Positions 24,700-34,931 of a stretch of DNA of 64,000 bases are shown piece after piece; positions within the stretch are counted from its first letter, which is position 1, and each line of letters starts with the position of its first letter. The notes under the pieces are model-generated. The model was not told where the DNA came from. It did no database searches and saw nothing but the letters and a program-made list of their open reading frames with translations. A program made the translations under genes and the position numbers. The DNA comes from Rhodosorus marinus CCMP1338 (lineage: Eukaryota; Plantae; Rhodophyta): the NCBI GenBank assembly GCA_029953675.1, contig JAMWBK010000013.1:62001-126000 (forward strand), read 5' to 3'.

Positions 24700-26039
24700 G
24701 GTCTTAAAATTGAACGTGAGAAGCCTCTGCCTGTCGCAGACTACCAAAATGGCGCAAGGCCGGGTGGCTGACCTCGTGGTCACCGGTGATGATGGCAGCC
24801 GTACGACGTTACGTTCGTCTTGCTGTCCTAATCCTCGCGCAAGTCGTTTTTTTCCGGCTTCGGGAGTTGTTCCGCGAACGCCCTGACGGTCTTTCCTCGC
24901 TATTTAGTGGTGGTGGTTTTACTGGCTGGCTCTACTAGCATAGCCTGAAGCGCTACGCAAGGCGCTGAAAAGGAACTAAGAAATAGGTAGGGAAGCGTGC
25001 AAACCCAGGCGCCTTTGGCGCGCTTCGACAAGCATGCTGCTCGAATATCGCCGCAGAGAGACACTTAAACGCCGCAAAAATCCAAGTATTCAACAGGACG
25101 CTCGGTAAAACATTTCCGCAACCACTCCAAACCCGAATTCTTCACGTGACCAAAGCTTTCCACAATGAAAGGCTGGAACCGGTGGGAGCGACCCTCAGCG
25201 CGAGGCAGACTGGCCATACTCTCAGCATACCGTCGTTCTTTCTCGCGGCGAAGGGCCGAAGCCGCTGCTCCCCGGCGGCGGGCGGCAGCCGTGAGATGGG
25301 CGCTTGCCACAGGGCATGTAATCGCGAGGTCAACATGCTGAGTGTCTGGCGGCTGCATCTGAGACGAGGAGATCTGCGGTACAGCGGGGCGGTGCCGTGT
25401 CCGAGACCGATCTGGATAGTTCCGATTCCACCTCAACCGTATGCCCTACCTGAGTCAAACATTCGCTGAGAATGTACTTGAAGCGAGTGTGACGCCTCGT
25501 ACGAAGACCTCTCAACAGTCCGCATGAACCTAAGAAGTAGTAACCACAAGCATCGAACCGACTCTCACATCCCTGACGGAAAGACGGCCGATTAGGTGCC
25601 ACGGAGCTTGTGGCAAACCCAGATAGATCCGTGCAGCAGAGCCGAACTGAAAGGCATCGAGACGGTGGCCCAGTGACGAAGGCAGCGTGGTTAACCACAA
25701 GTGCGACAGGTTGCCTCCCATGCCGCGGGGTCGAGCGGCGGTGGTAGTCGGTGTGAGGGGAAAGTTGAGCAAGATTGCGTGAGCGGCACTGTGTTGGCCC
25801 CAGGGGAGGCTATGTTGAATCACATCAGTGCGCGAGCTCCATAATCGGCTCAGACCCCTTTTTACTGGACTTACACAGCCTGATGCTCTACGCAAAACGT
25901 AAAAGCTAACTAGGGGCTAGGAAGAAGAGCATGTAAGCCCAGGCGACGGTGGCTCGCCTCGGCGAGCATGTTGCTAGAATACCGCCACAGTGCGATACTT
26001 AAACGGCGGAGGACCTCGAGAACTCAAAAGCCAAAACCC
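24700..26039. mobile_element. Nested family C (+) and family B (-) fragments
   Basis: RVADLVV at 24770 (+). Family B RLE at 25065-25500 (-), linker at 25530-25895 (-), and a 3' end at 25862-26012 (-). Confidence 0.75.
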
Positions 26040-26391
26040 AATACTTTAGTAGGGGCGGTCAGTAGTCACTGGCGAGAGGTCAAAGGCCGGATGAACTTCT
26101 ATCAGAGCTGCCTCAGCGGAGAGGAAGTCCTCTAACACCGGGCGGAGGACAGGAGGACATGAATGCCTGTTTACTCGTCACAGGGTCGGCTTATCAACTC
26201 CTTACCTCGCTTGTCGCCACCCCTGAGCCTCAGCTCTCTGCCCTTGCGGACATGAAACTGACTCATGCCCACAACTCATTGTTCGTTGACTTTGATCGCT
26301 TAGTCTGGGGTTACGTTAGTCTGGGGTTATCTGGGGTTATTGGATAAGGTTCGAAATTAAGTTTGTAGGTTTGGTTCGCCTGGGGTAAAAT

Positions 26392-27975
26392 ATGCCAAAC
26401 ACTGGCACTTCCCCTTCGTTTGGGGAGGGGAATTCGAAGAATACCGGTGCAATGAGCGGAATGCTGCCTGCCTCTCCAATTGCTGAACGAGAGGACGGGC
26501 ATGGGCCACATGATGGACTACAAGCGACTACTTTACGCCCAAAAGAACCGTGCCAGGAGGGGAGTCGGACAGAGCCTTCTACGTCATCCTCTCCCGCTAA
26601 CACGTTCCTCCACCAACTTCGAAGCTACGATCAGTGCTATCACGCCCTCGGAATTGGGGAGCAGGACATCGCGAACTTCTACAAAGCAGTCTTCAATCTC
26701 TACTCGCGAATTAACAGTACCACAGAGATACATAATGTCACCAGCCGCCTCACGGAACTTGCACAGAAGCCCCACATGTGGCAAGCTTCTGCACAGACTT
26801 CGAATCCCTCGGGAGCTTCGGCGCATCACCGGCCGACGGCGGTGGTCAATCAACTTGCGGCCGGAACGGGCTTCAATCAAGTTCCGGTCGGGACAGGTGT
26901 CCCTGCGGGTGTCCGGTTTGAGACGGCTTTCCCGGCCCTTGGGAATGACACCCCCAGACCCACCTACGCGGCGGTTTCGGCGGTAGAAGTACCAGAGAAC
27001 GGTGTAGAGACACCCATCCGCACCATGCGAAGGCCTGGGCCGCAGACGCAACATGCCGCCCTGAAGCAGTTACACGCCACAGTGGGAGGGGCCAGCTGGG
27101 GCCCTGAGACCACGCCAGTGCTTGTTACCCTCCGAAATATCCGTCCCCCACGACAGGATGAGGTGGCTGCTTCTGACTTCACTACGGTCCTCTGCCGGGC
27201 GTTGGGCATTCCCGGCTCGTATGTGGCGCATTTGGACTTTATCTTTTCACACGTGAGCCTCGTGTGCCACCCTGATGCAATTCCTCTTCTCCAAAGCGCA
27301 ATCAGCCGGGGAGTGTTCCGGACTGGGATTTTCGGATCCTTTACCATGCGACACCCCGATCGACAGGTGAGCCTGTACACCGGGCACGGTTTAGAGGCGG
27401 ATAACCTGCTGGGGTTCAACGAGCGGCAACGACTCGCCGGCGGAGATGTCAGGGCTCAAACGCTGAGACGAGCGATCGAGCAGATCATACGCATCCGCGC
27501 GCGGCTGAGCCGTCGACATCTCTCGTTTACAACTCTCGCCCGAGTGCACGAGATGCTGGACCAACGGCTTGAAAAGTTACAAGCCCTTCAACAGCAACCT
27601 GCGGTATCCAGGGAGAGCGCGGAACCCCTAACGACTGCAGCCGCACCAAACGCAGCCGCTGAAGCCTCGTCGTCTCCGGACGATGCACAGGCAGCCTGTG
27701 GGACTGTTGCCACTCAGGGTGACTCCGGTGGAACATCCCAAGTACCGCAGGATGTGGAAGAAGAGGACAATCCCCATGCGGAACTCTCGTGCAACTTGCC
27801 GGAACCTCCTCAACTTAAGCGCTCGCGCCGGTCTGCCAACGGATCTAGCACGGATGCAGAAATGACACCAGCTCCCCTCGACCCCACACCGAGCGAGAAT
27901 GGACTACAACCTGAAACTGCAGCCAATACAAACCCGTCGGTTCAGCAGGAAGCGCAGGACAACGAGCAATCATAA
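26392..27975 (+). CDS. Retrotransposon ORF1 (527 aa; putative coiled-coil + RRM-like nucleic-acid-binding region; no CCHC knuckle seen)
   Basis: Long ORF directly upstream of RT; homologous relics elsewhere in the window. The RRM-like call is inference. Confidence 0.8.
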   Translation: MPNTGTSPSFGEGNSKNTGAMSGMLPASPIAEREDGHGPHDGLQATTLRPKEPCQEGSRTEPSTSSSPANTFLHQLRSYDQCYHALGIGEQDIANFYKAVFNLYSRINSTTEIHNVTSRLTELAQKPHMWQASAQTSNPSGASAHHRPTAVVNQLAAGTGFNQVPVGTGVPAGVRFETAFPALGNDTPRPTYAAVSAVEVPENGVETPIRTMRRPGPQTQHAALKQLHATVGGASWGPETTPVLVTLRNIRPPRQDEVAASDFTTVLCRALGIPGSYVAHLDFIFSHVSLVCHPDAIPLLQSAISRGVFRTGIFGSFTMRHPDRQVSLYTGHGLEADNLLGFNERQRLAGGDVRAQTLRRAIEQIIRIRARLSRRHLSFTTLARVHEMLDQRLEKLQALQQQPAVSRESAEPLTTAAAPNAAAEASSSPDDAQAACGTVATQGDSGGTSQVPQDVEEEDNPHAELSCNLPEPPQLKRSRRSANGSSTDAEMTPAPLDPTPSENGLQPETAANTNPSVQQEAQDNEQS

Positions 27976-30900
27976 TGCCGTCCAGACGCAGGGGACGTAA
28001 ACGCCCACGAGAAGAGCCTCTGTTCTTCTCTGACCGGGAGGCCTGGATTTGCCGCTGGAACGCTTTCGTAGCTGAGATCACGGAGGAGGGGAGGCATTGG
28101 ACGCGCATCACACATTGCCCGGTGCCCACACGACGCTTCGTGCCCCGAGCACACGTTTCTACATGGAGCCGGCTTCTTCGGGCTGCCCTCGAGCTTTCTC
28201 TGGACGCGACAGCACCTCCATTAGCGAGCCTGCTTCTCGTCGGCCTTCCGGGTCTGGTCCTGGGCCACTCCACCCTTGACACAGGGGTACAGGTCGCACA
28301 TGTACTAGAAGGAGAGTTCCAGCGGGTCTGGACGGCCCTTGAGGAGAAAGCCGCCTCAATGAAACCCCCACCTACACCACACGGTGCCGAAGACGTTCGT
28401 CGACGAGTCGATGGCCGCCGCAAACAAGCACTTAAACTAGCACGACTCGGCCGCCTCTCGGATGCTGCAAGAAGACTCGAGGCCACCGAAATGGCGCCTT
28501 TCACAGCGGCTACCTGGCGGCAACTACAACAGCTCTTTCCGAGCCCCGCCAGTGTGGATTCACCGGTGGAGATTGTGGAAGCCCTCCAAGGCCTACTCAC
28601 GACGGACAACGACACACTGAAGAGGCGGTGGGATCCAAAAACGGCTGCCGACGAAGGCCTCCTCTCAATCGTGGCACGACTACCTCAAGGGACGAGCCCT
28701 GGACCGAGTGGAATGCGCGCGGAACATTTGCAAGGGGCGAACCAACAGACTCAGGTAGCACTGATTCGGGTCTTGCGCCAACTCGCCACCGCGCCCGGGC
28801 GATTCTCACCCCTTCTGCTACGAGCCTTGCGTAGCAGTAGACTTCTGCCTTTCTCGAAGCCAGCACAGGGGGGTAACTCCCAGGCCAAGGCAGGGATCCG
28901 CCCAATAGGCGTGCCGGAGGTCCTACGCAAAGTGGCAACTCAGTGGGGGCTGCGAGCGGTGATGGACCGGGTCCGCGAGCTGTTGGTGCCGTTGCAGCTG
29001 AGAATCGGGGTCAGCGGTGGCTGTGAACGGTCACTGCACGCCATCCAGGCCCACCTGTCATGTGAACCAGACTCGGTTGCACTTCGACTGGACCTCGAGA
29101 ACGCCTTTAACCGCATTGATAGGCGAATTGCCAAGAAACTGGTGGCCCAGCACTTCCCTGAGCTCACAGCGGTGTATAGGCTCGGATATGGAGGCGATGG
29201 GGAAACACCGACGACTTGTGGATGGCGGACGACGCAAGAAGACAACCACCTGCACAAGGACAGACTGACGCTGCAAGCAGAAACCGGAGTACAACAAGGC
29301 GACCCTTTAGGTCCGGTGCTACATGCGCTCTCCCTGGCCCCTTTTCTCAAGGCACTCAGCAACAAGTTTCAGGGAGTCACGATCGTCGCCATCCATGACG
29401 ACATCACTCTGGTCGGCGCATTGCCCATATTGAAGGAGGCTCTCCAATGGGGACAGACCCTGCTACCGTGCCTTGGAGCCCGCCTGCAGCTCAGCAAATG
29501 CAGCCTTTATGGTCGATCCCTCACCACTACACGCTTGGTGAACCGTGCGATTCCCGGCGTGCAAGTGACTAGGGAAGGCCTCACAATCCACTCCATCCCC
29601 ATCGGCACTCGGCAGTACATCGAGCACGAGTGTAGACGGCTGCAGAACAAACACGAGACGCTTTTCAAGGAGATTTCGAGCCTGCCAACCGAGGAACTGC
29701 CTATCCAGCTTGCGCTTTACAGGTATTGCGCTGAAACGAGGTTGGATTACACCTTGCGATGCCTTGCCTACCCGTTTGGACGAGCTCTGGCCAGGGAAGC
29801 GGACAGTATGAGCAGATACCACTTAGAGGTCTTGTTTGGTGGCCTCTGCACGACGGCCTTGGTCGAGGATGAGCTGATACACCCGGTCAACGAGCAGATT
29901 TCGTTGCCCTGCCGATGGGGCGGATTGGGGTTCGCGACCCGTGCAAGAATACAGCCGATTGCGTTCTTCTCGGCCTGGGCGCAGACCCTGAGAGACCATG
30001 CGGGTCAGTGGCCCTATATAACGGAGGTGGAGCGACAGGTCAGGCAAGGTGGCGACATACACATCAGCCACCTAGGCCGACTGCAGGTGTCAACGGAGAC
30101 GATCGGTGAGCAAATCCGCGCGTCTAGTCGTGCTATAGAGCGGAGACTGTGCCCAGACACGCCGCCGCGGATCCGGAGACTGGCCAAGCTGCCCGAATTG
30201 AGAGACGAAGCCGCACCTGAAGTAGCGGACTCCCCTCGCGATTGGAACCATGGTTCAATACAACAAACCCTCTCTAGGGAGGCACACCATCGCGCGTTCC
30301 AACGTTTGGTCGGCAACGAGGGCGTTTCGCATGAACACCGTGCAAGAATCCGATCGGCGGCCGGCTCGGGTTCGGGGGTATGGCTGCGGGAACTACCGTT
30401 GCTAGAGCCGAGAAAGCTGGACTCACAGGAATTGCAGGTAAATGTTCGACAACTGCTGGGGCTGCCGATTCCGGGGTTGCGGACAACGGAGCAGTGCACC
30501 AGTTGCCGTAGGAAACATGGCCCAAATGGGGTGCAACGATTTCAACACTGTCCAACATCGACGGGACTATGGCAGAGACGGCACGACGAGCTCTGTACGG
30601 AGCTAGGGAGATGGCTCAACCGATGGAATTTTCTTGACATACAGCAAGAACCGCAGAGGTATTTTGAGAATTACCAGCTGCGACCAGATATCGTGGCGAC
30701 CCATCCAAAGACCTTTCAAAAGTACGCGATCGATGTGACGGTGATTTCACCGCTACAGGAAAAGTACATAAGGCGTGGCAGTGCAGAAAACGGGTATGCA
30801 GCGAAACTGGCGGAGAACTACAAGCTCGCGCACTATAAAGAGGCGATGAGTGTGGAAAAGCCCGAGGAGAAGTTCATCCCGATCGCGATAGAGACCTTTG

Positions 30901-31112
30901 GGCGGAGCGGGAGGTTGACGCAAGACTTTTTGCGGGACAGTTGTAAACACTTGTTGCATCGAGATGAGGAGCTGAGGGATGCACGATCCCAGTTAAACAG
31001 GATCCTATGGCAGGGCAACGCGGCGATTGCGCTTGGCGCTCTACGTGCGGACCAGTTGGAGAACCCACTGGTTCCTGTTTTTTCTTTTGAACGTAGCATG
31101 AGACCCCGGTAG
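27975..31112 (+). CDS. ORF2: reverse transcriptase + CCHC-type zinc finger + restriction-like endonuclease (1045 aa)
   Basis: RT: SPGPSG, IRPIGVPEVLRK, LDLENAFN, GVQQGDPLGP, IHDD, LPCRWGGLG. Zinc finger: CTSC..HC..RRHD. RLE: RPDIV, AIDVTV, KLAHY, FIPIAIETFG. Confidence 0.95.
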   Translation: MPSRRRGRKRPREEPLFFSDREAWICRWNAFVAEITEEGRHWTRITHCPVPTRRFVPRAHVSTWSRLLRAALELSLDATAPPLASLLLVGLPGLVLGHSTLDTGVQVAHVLEGEFQRVWTALEEKAASMKPPPTPHGAEDVRRRVDGRRKQALKLARLGRLSDAARRLEATEMAPFTAATWRQLQQLFPSPASVDSPVEIVEALQGLLTTDNDTLKRRWDPKTAADEGLLSIVARLPQGTSPGPSGMRAEHLQGANQQTQVALIRVLRQLATAPGRFSPLLLRALRSSRLLPFSKPAQGGNSQAKAGIRPIGVPEVLRKVATQWGLRAVMDRVRELLVPLQLRIGVSGGCERSLHAIQAHLSCEPDSVALRLDLENAFNRIDRRIAKKLVAQHFPELTAVYRLGYGGDGETPTTCGWRTTQEDNHLHKDRLTLQAETGVQQGDPLGPVLHALSLAPFLKALSNKFQGVTIVAIHDDITLVGALPILKEALQWGQTLLPCLGARLQLSKCSLYGRSLTTTRLVNRAIPGVQVTREGLTIHSIPIGTRQYIEHECRRLQNKHETLFKEISSLPTEELPIQLALYRYCAETRLDYTLRCLAYPFGRALAREADSMSRYHLEVLFGGLCTTALVEDELIHPVNEQISLPCRWGGLGFATRARIQPIAFFSAWAQTLRDHAGQWPYITEVERQVRQGGDIHISHLGRLQVSTETIGEQIRASSRAIERRLCPDTPPRIRRLAKLPELRDEAAPEVADSPRDWNHGSIQQTLSREAHHRAFQRLVGNEGVSHEHRARIRSAAGSGSGVWLRELPLLEPRKLDSQELQVNVRQLLGLPIPGLRTTEQCTSCRRKHGPNGVQRFQHCPTSTGLWQRRHDELCTELGRWLNRWNFLDIQQEPQRYFENYQLRPDIVATHPKTFQKYAIDVTVISPLQEKYIRRGSAENGYAAKLAENYKLAHYKEAMSVEKPEEKFIPIAIETFGRSGRLTQDFLRDSCKHLLHRDEELRDARSQLNRILWQGNAAIALGALRADQLENPLVPVFSFERSMRPR

Positions 31113-31169
31113 CGGGGTTGTTGTGAGTGATTCCCTAGATAGCAATCGGCTTAGTGTTACGTCGCATTA

Positions 31170-32230
31170 GGCGACTGCCCAATAAAGCTCACGGTTACGT
31201 TGACGGGGAAAACGGGCAAAGAGGCTTGAAAGTCGAGCCGCATGCCTTTGCAGTGCAATGGCGAGAGCTTTCGTGCAGGGGTGGCTCTGTAGCGCCGACG
31301 GGGGAACCCAACCTGCGTCGAAGCGGTCAAATTCAACAAGCAATGAGCTGCGGGAACGAGTCAGTATCATGTTCGCAAGGGCAGAGGGCTGAGGTTCAGG
31401 GGTGGCGACAAGCGAGGTAATGAATTGATAAGTCGACTCTGTGACGAGTAAACAGGCGTGAGGCTAAGTGGAATCCACGTAGAGGAACTCAGATGGAGCT
31501 ACCCCAAGTGAGGTGGCCATCGTATCAAGGAATTCAGCGTAGAGAGCTGGCGAGGGAATTCAGGGTTTTTCACGGGGAAACCTTATACGCACCATGGCCG
31601 TCATCCGTTGTTCAGAGGAGCCCCGCGAAGGACCTGGGAGTAGGAGGGCCGAGAGACACTCGCAGGAGCAAGATTCAGCCCCAAGCAAAGCCCTGGGGGC
31701 TTTTGGCCGGAGAGTAGGGGAGGTACAGCAGAATTGGGGATGGTCTGGGCGGAGCGCTCTGGACGACCGAAGGCAGGGCGGGGTGCAGAGCTCCCCCAAG
31801 CAGTAGCGGTATGGGGGAGGACGGAGAACGCGGTACTAGGAAAGTTCTCCAGATAAGCTGTTAACGTCGGCAGGGGGTCCTCCTGGGAACCAACGACAAG
31901 AGGGCTTGTCAGTTTGGAGACAAGTCGTGCCGCGACGACGCGTCGCGGCAGTTACTGAGAGTGGCATGGGCGCTGAATGCACACCCACGGGCAGCTCCAC
32001 GAGCTGAGAGACGGCAGCACCAGTCACCGGAAGAGGTGGGGAAGCCCCAGCCATAATAAAAGAGTGTGACGAGGAGAAGTTTCAGCACAAAACCCCCACA
32101 AGAACGGGCGAATACCCAATACAAAGTACCCCGAAACCTCCAACAACCCCATCGGAAGGAGAGAAAGCCCGCAGACAAGCCACAACACACCCCAAAAACC
32201 TGAGGGAAAGACGACAGAGGGTAGCGCCTC
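31170..32230 (-). mobile_element. Degenerate 5' UTR + ORF1 of a family B/C-type element
   Basis: RPSYSQVLR and VRIRFPRE..DTMATSLGVAPSEFLYVD..HACLLV align to intact ORF1 LRNIRPPR..VLCRALGIPGSYVAHLDF.FSHVSLV. Confidence 0.7.
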
Positions 32231-32254
32231 CCACGAGGGGGGGGGGGAGGGTGC

Positions 32255-33180
32255 AACGCATCTGTGCGTGCGGAGACGCGACTCCCAGAGCCCGGTCCAT
32301 CATCAGGAGGAAAACTAGGGACCTCCGTTTCCTCAGCAACCACAGGATCAAGGGCTAGCGGTTGTTTCAGTGTAGGAAGAACTAGCGGTTGTTTAGTGTG
32401 GGAAGAAGGTGTAGGAAGAACTACACTAAAACAACCGCTAGCCCTTGATCGTGTGGAATGATGAACGCCGCGTGGCTGACCTCGTGGTCACCTGTGACGA
32501 TAGCCGCCGTACGGCTTACGTTGATCTTGCTGTTCCTAATCCTCAGGCTGGTCGCTATTTACCGGCTGCGGGAGAGCGCCATGGATTTGCCGCTGCCAAT
32601 ATGATACGTGGCAAAGAGTTGAAGTATGCGGGGGACTTGTCTTCCCCAGGCATTCGTGCTTCGGCTCTAGCTCATCACCTGGTAGAGCCCTTCGCTCCTT
32701 CAAGGGTGGAGACTCACGGCAATGGAGTGTCGCCGTCCGGTGCTTCACGGGTCTGTCTTGGCTCAGCGCATTTTCGACCGTGATGGACTCGCGTGGGGTG
32801 CCAGGCATGCAGGTGTGTGCCTGCCGTCACCACCCTTGGTCACGGCCGCCGGTGATAGAGGAGCGCTTTCCCAGGTCACCAAGTGCCTCTGTGCGCTCGA
32901 ATCGAGTCTGACGGAGCATGTCGATGTGACTACTGATAGAGTGGCCGCAGTGGATTTCCTATCGCAACACACTGGCAACAAAGACGACGAACCGAAGGAG
33001 AGGATAAGGAATGACCTGCCTTTCACCCGACACATTGGGAACGCTGTCCTCCTACGCCGCTTCAGTATCGTTTTATGGCTATATTTTACAGCATGCTACC
33101 TGCGGCTCGCTACCGCCGTCTTGGCTCGCACGTGTTCGTTCCTCGTTCCAAGTTTGTATTGCGCACTGCGTATCGCTTAA
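32255..33180. mobile_element. Family C fragments (32255-32345 -, 32450-32690 +) and a weak RLE C-terminal relic
   Basis: NDERRVADLVVTCDDSRRTAYVDLAVPNP; LRRFSIVLW. Confidence 0.7.
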
Positions 33181-34931
33181 GATATGTCACCAAACCAATG
33201 CATAACACCACGTGCGCATTTTTTTTCGGATCTAAACCAATGCATAATACCACATGCGCATTTTTTTTGGATCTAACAGCGAATGAGACTATTCTGGATC
33301 AGTATCAGGCTATAGTAGCCGATCCCACCGCGTAACGCGAATTTGTGAGACTATTGCTCTTCAAATCTTCAGGTTCACATAAGATTTTTGCGATTGAATA
33401 CGGAGCTGGCCTCCGCTGGTTTGGTTGAATGAAGGTTTGGTTAATGGCGGTTTAAGTCGTTGGAAATATGAGCTAAGTGGGATGAACGTGGAGCTCAGTA
33501 ATGCCATTCAGCCCTGCTTGTACTAACGGCGCTGGGAGGCCCTGTGAATACAAAGGCTAGTTTGAAACTGAGCGCAAGCCTTGGCATGTGGAGCTAAAGA
33601 TTTTTTTGATCGACATTCGCCGGGCAGGTAGTCATTTTTTCCCCTTTCAGTCTCCGATTAAACAAATTCATTTCTAAGAAAGCTAAAACATATGGAAAGT
33701 AGGGAGTCCCTGCGAACGCAAGTATGGGGAGCTGTAATCAGAGATGGTAAGCATACGTGTAGGCGAAAGGCCCATACTGGAACAAGGATACGAACAAAAG
33801 ATAATTCGTCCGGTCGCACCACACCAAGTGACTTTCCACCGACGAGGCGAGGCGTCGCTATCTTCGGGATGCACTCTGACGAGCTGCAAAATTCACAAAT
33901 GTTTTCAGATGGCGTAAGATGTTCAAAAGCAGCGAGCAGCCAGAAACTCATAAAAGAGAGCTACATGTCAGCACAGAACTTGTAGGTCAACGTCACATGC
34001 GATTTTCTTCATTCCCGTTTCACATCAGAAGCGTCCTGTCACAGTTTAGCCATGTGAAATGTAGCCCTAAGTTGCTCATGGTAGCCCAACATGCTACCAA
34101 GTTGCTCCCACTCTCTTAGACCTTTATGACGAATACAACTTCCTCGAAAAGGGTTGCAAGCCTTGCTCGCCTATTCCAAGCAATCAATCAATAACGACCC
34201 AAAATATTTAAAAAACAAATCCAAACGTAGCCAATTTGCTTGCACTCAATACATCAGCAAATTACTGATTGAGGTCGTTATTTTTCAGGGGGTGAGAAAT
34301 ACTATGGAGTACACCCGGTTTAAGTTAATAAACCAATAATATTAGATAAAAAATATTTTGAGAAGTATCCATTGGCTTGTATTTCAACAGCTGTCCTACA
34401 CGAAATTCTGTTCACCCTTTTGCAATTTTTCGACTATTTTTTATTTGATTGAACTTATGACCGTGCTCTCTGGGCGAGCTTTTAGGGCTACCGGGAAGAG
34501 TGGCGTCCCTTCGGGCTCCCAGGCGTTCGGACCGTAAGAAAAGATGATAGATGTTAAAGTAGATACTTTTTCAGGATTCCGATTGGTAAATGTTAAAATT
34601 AGAGACCTTGTCCGGTCCCCTTACGTTGTGTAGGTGTTCCCATCTGTGGCTGTGTATTTTCATCCTAGTCGTTTATCAAAATACAGCAGCGTTTCTAGGG
34701 TGAAGATCTGTCCATCTTTTCTTCCCGAAGACGCAGAAAATCATAGTACTAACCGATACAATCTGAGTCAACAGAAAACACCGAGTGAGAGCGCCATAGT
34801 TTTAGTAGGTATATAAATTCGAGACGACTGCAGTTCGCTTCCCGCGGCGTGGACGGTTATGAACCAGAGTGAGATCTTAGGAGTACCGACTGAGGCTCTA
34901 TGATACGGATAGGATTTTGTTCCAACAAGAG

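Larger units (their letters stand above)
26318..31192 (+). mobile_element. Intact two-ORF RLE-class (CRE/Cnl1/MoTeR-like) non-LTR retrotransposon, family A
   Basis: Two uninterrupted ORFs; AATAAA at 31181. Direct repeat GGTTACGTT at 26309-26317 and 31193-31201 is the candidate TSD. Boundaries are inferred. Confidence 0.85.
26165..31457. repeat. Inverted repeat (137-bp arms 26165-26301 and 31321-31457) of paralogous ORF1 sequence bracketing element A
   Basis: 16 mismatches in 137 bp by manual alignment (about 88%). Confidence 0.9.

Noticed and set aside
27845-30558. Long antisense ORFs over element A and over other GC-rich genes
   Set aside because: Shadow ORFs expected opposite GC-rich coding sequence; no motifs.
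26165-31457. Terminal inverted repeats defining a DIRS/Penelope-like or new TIR retroelement
   Set aside because: The arms translate as paralogous ORF1 coding sequence and one continues into a longer ORF1 relic. No tyrosine recombinase or GIY-YIG motifs were seen.
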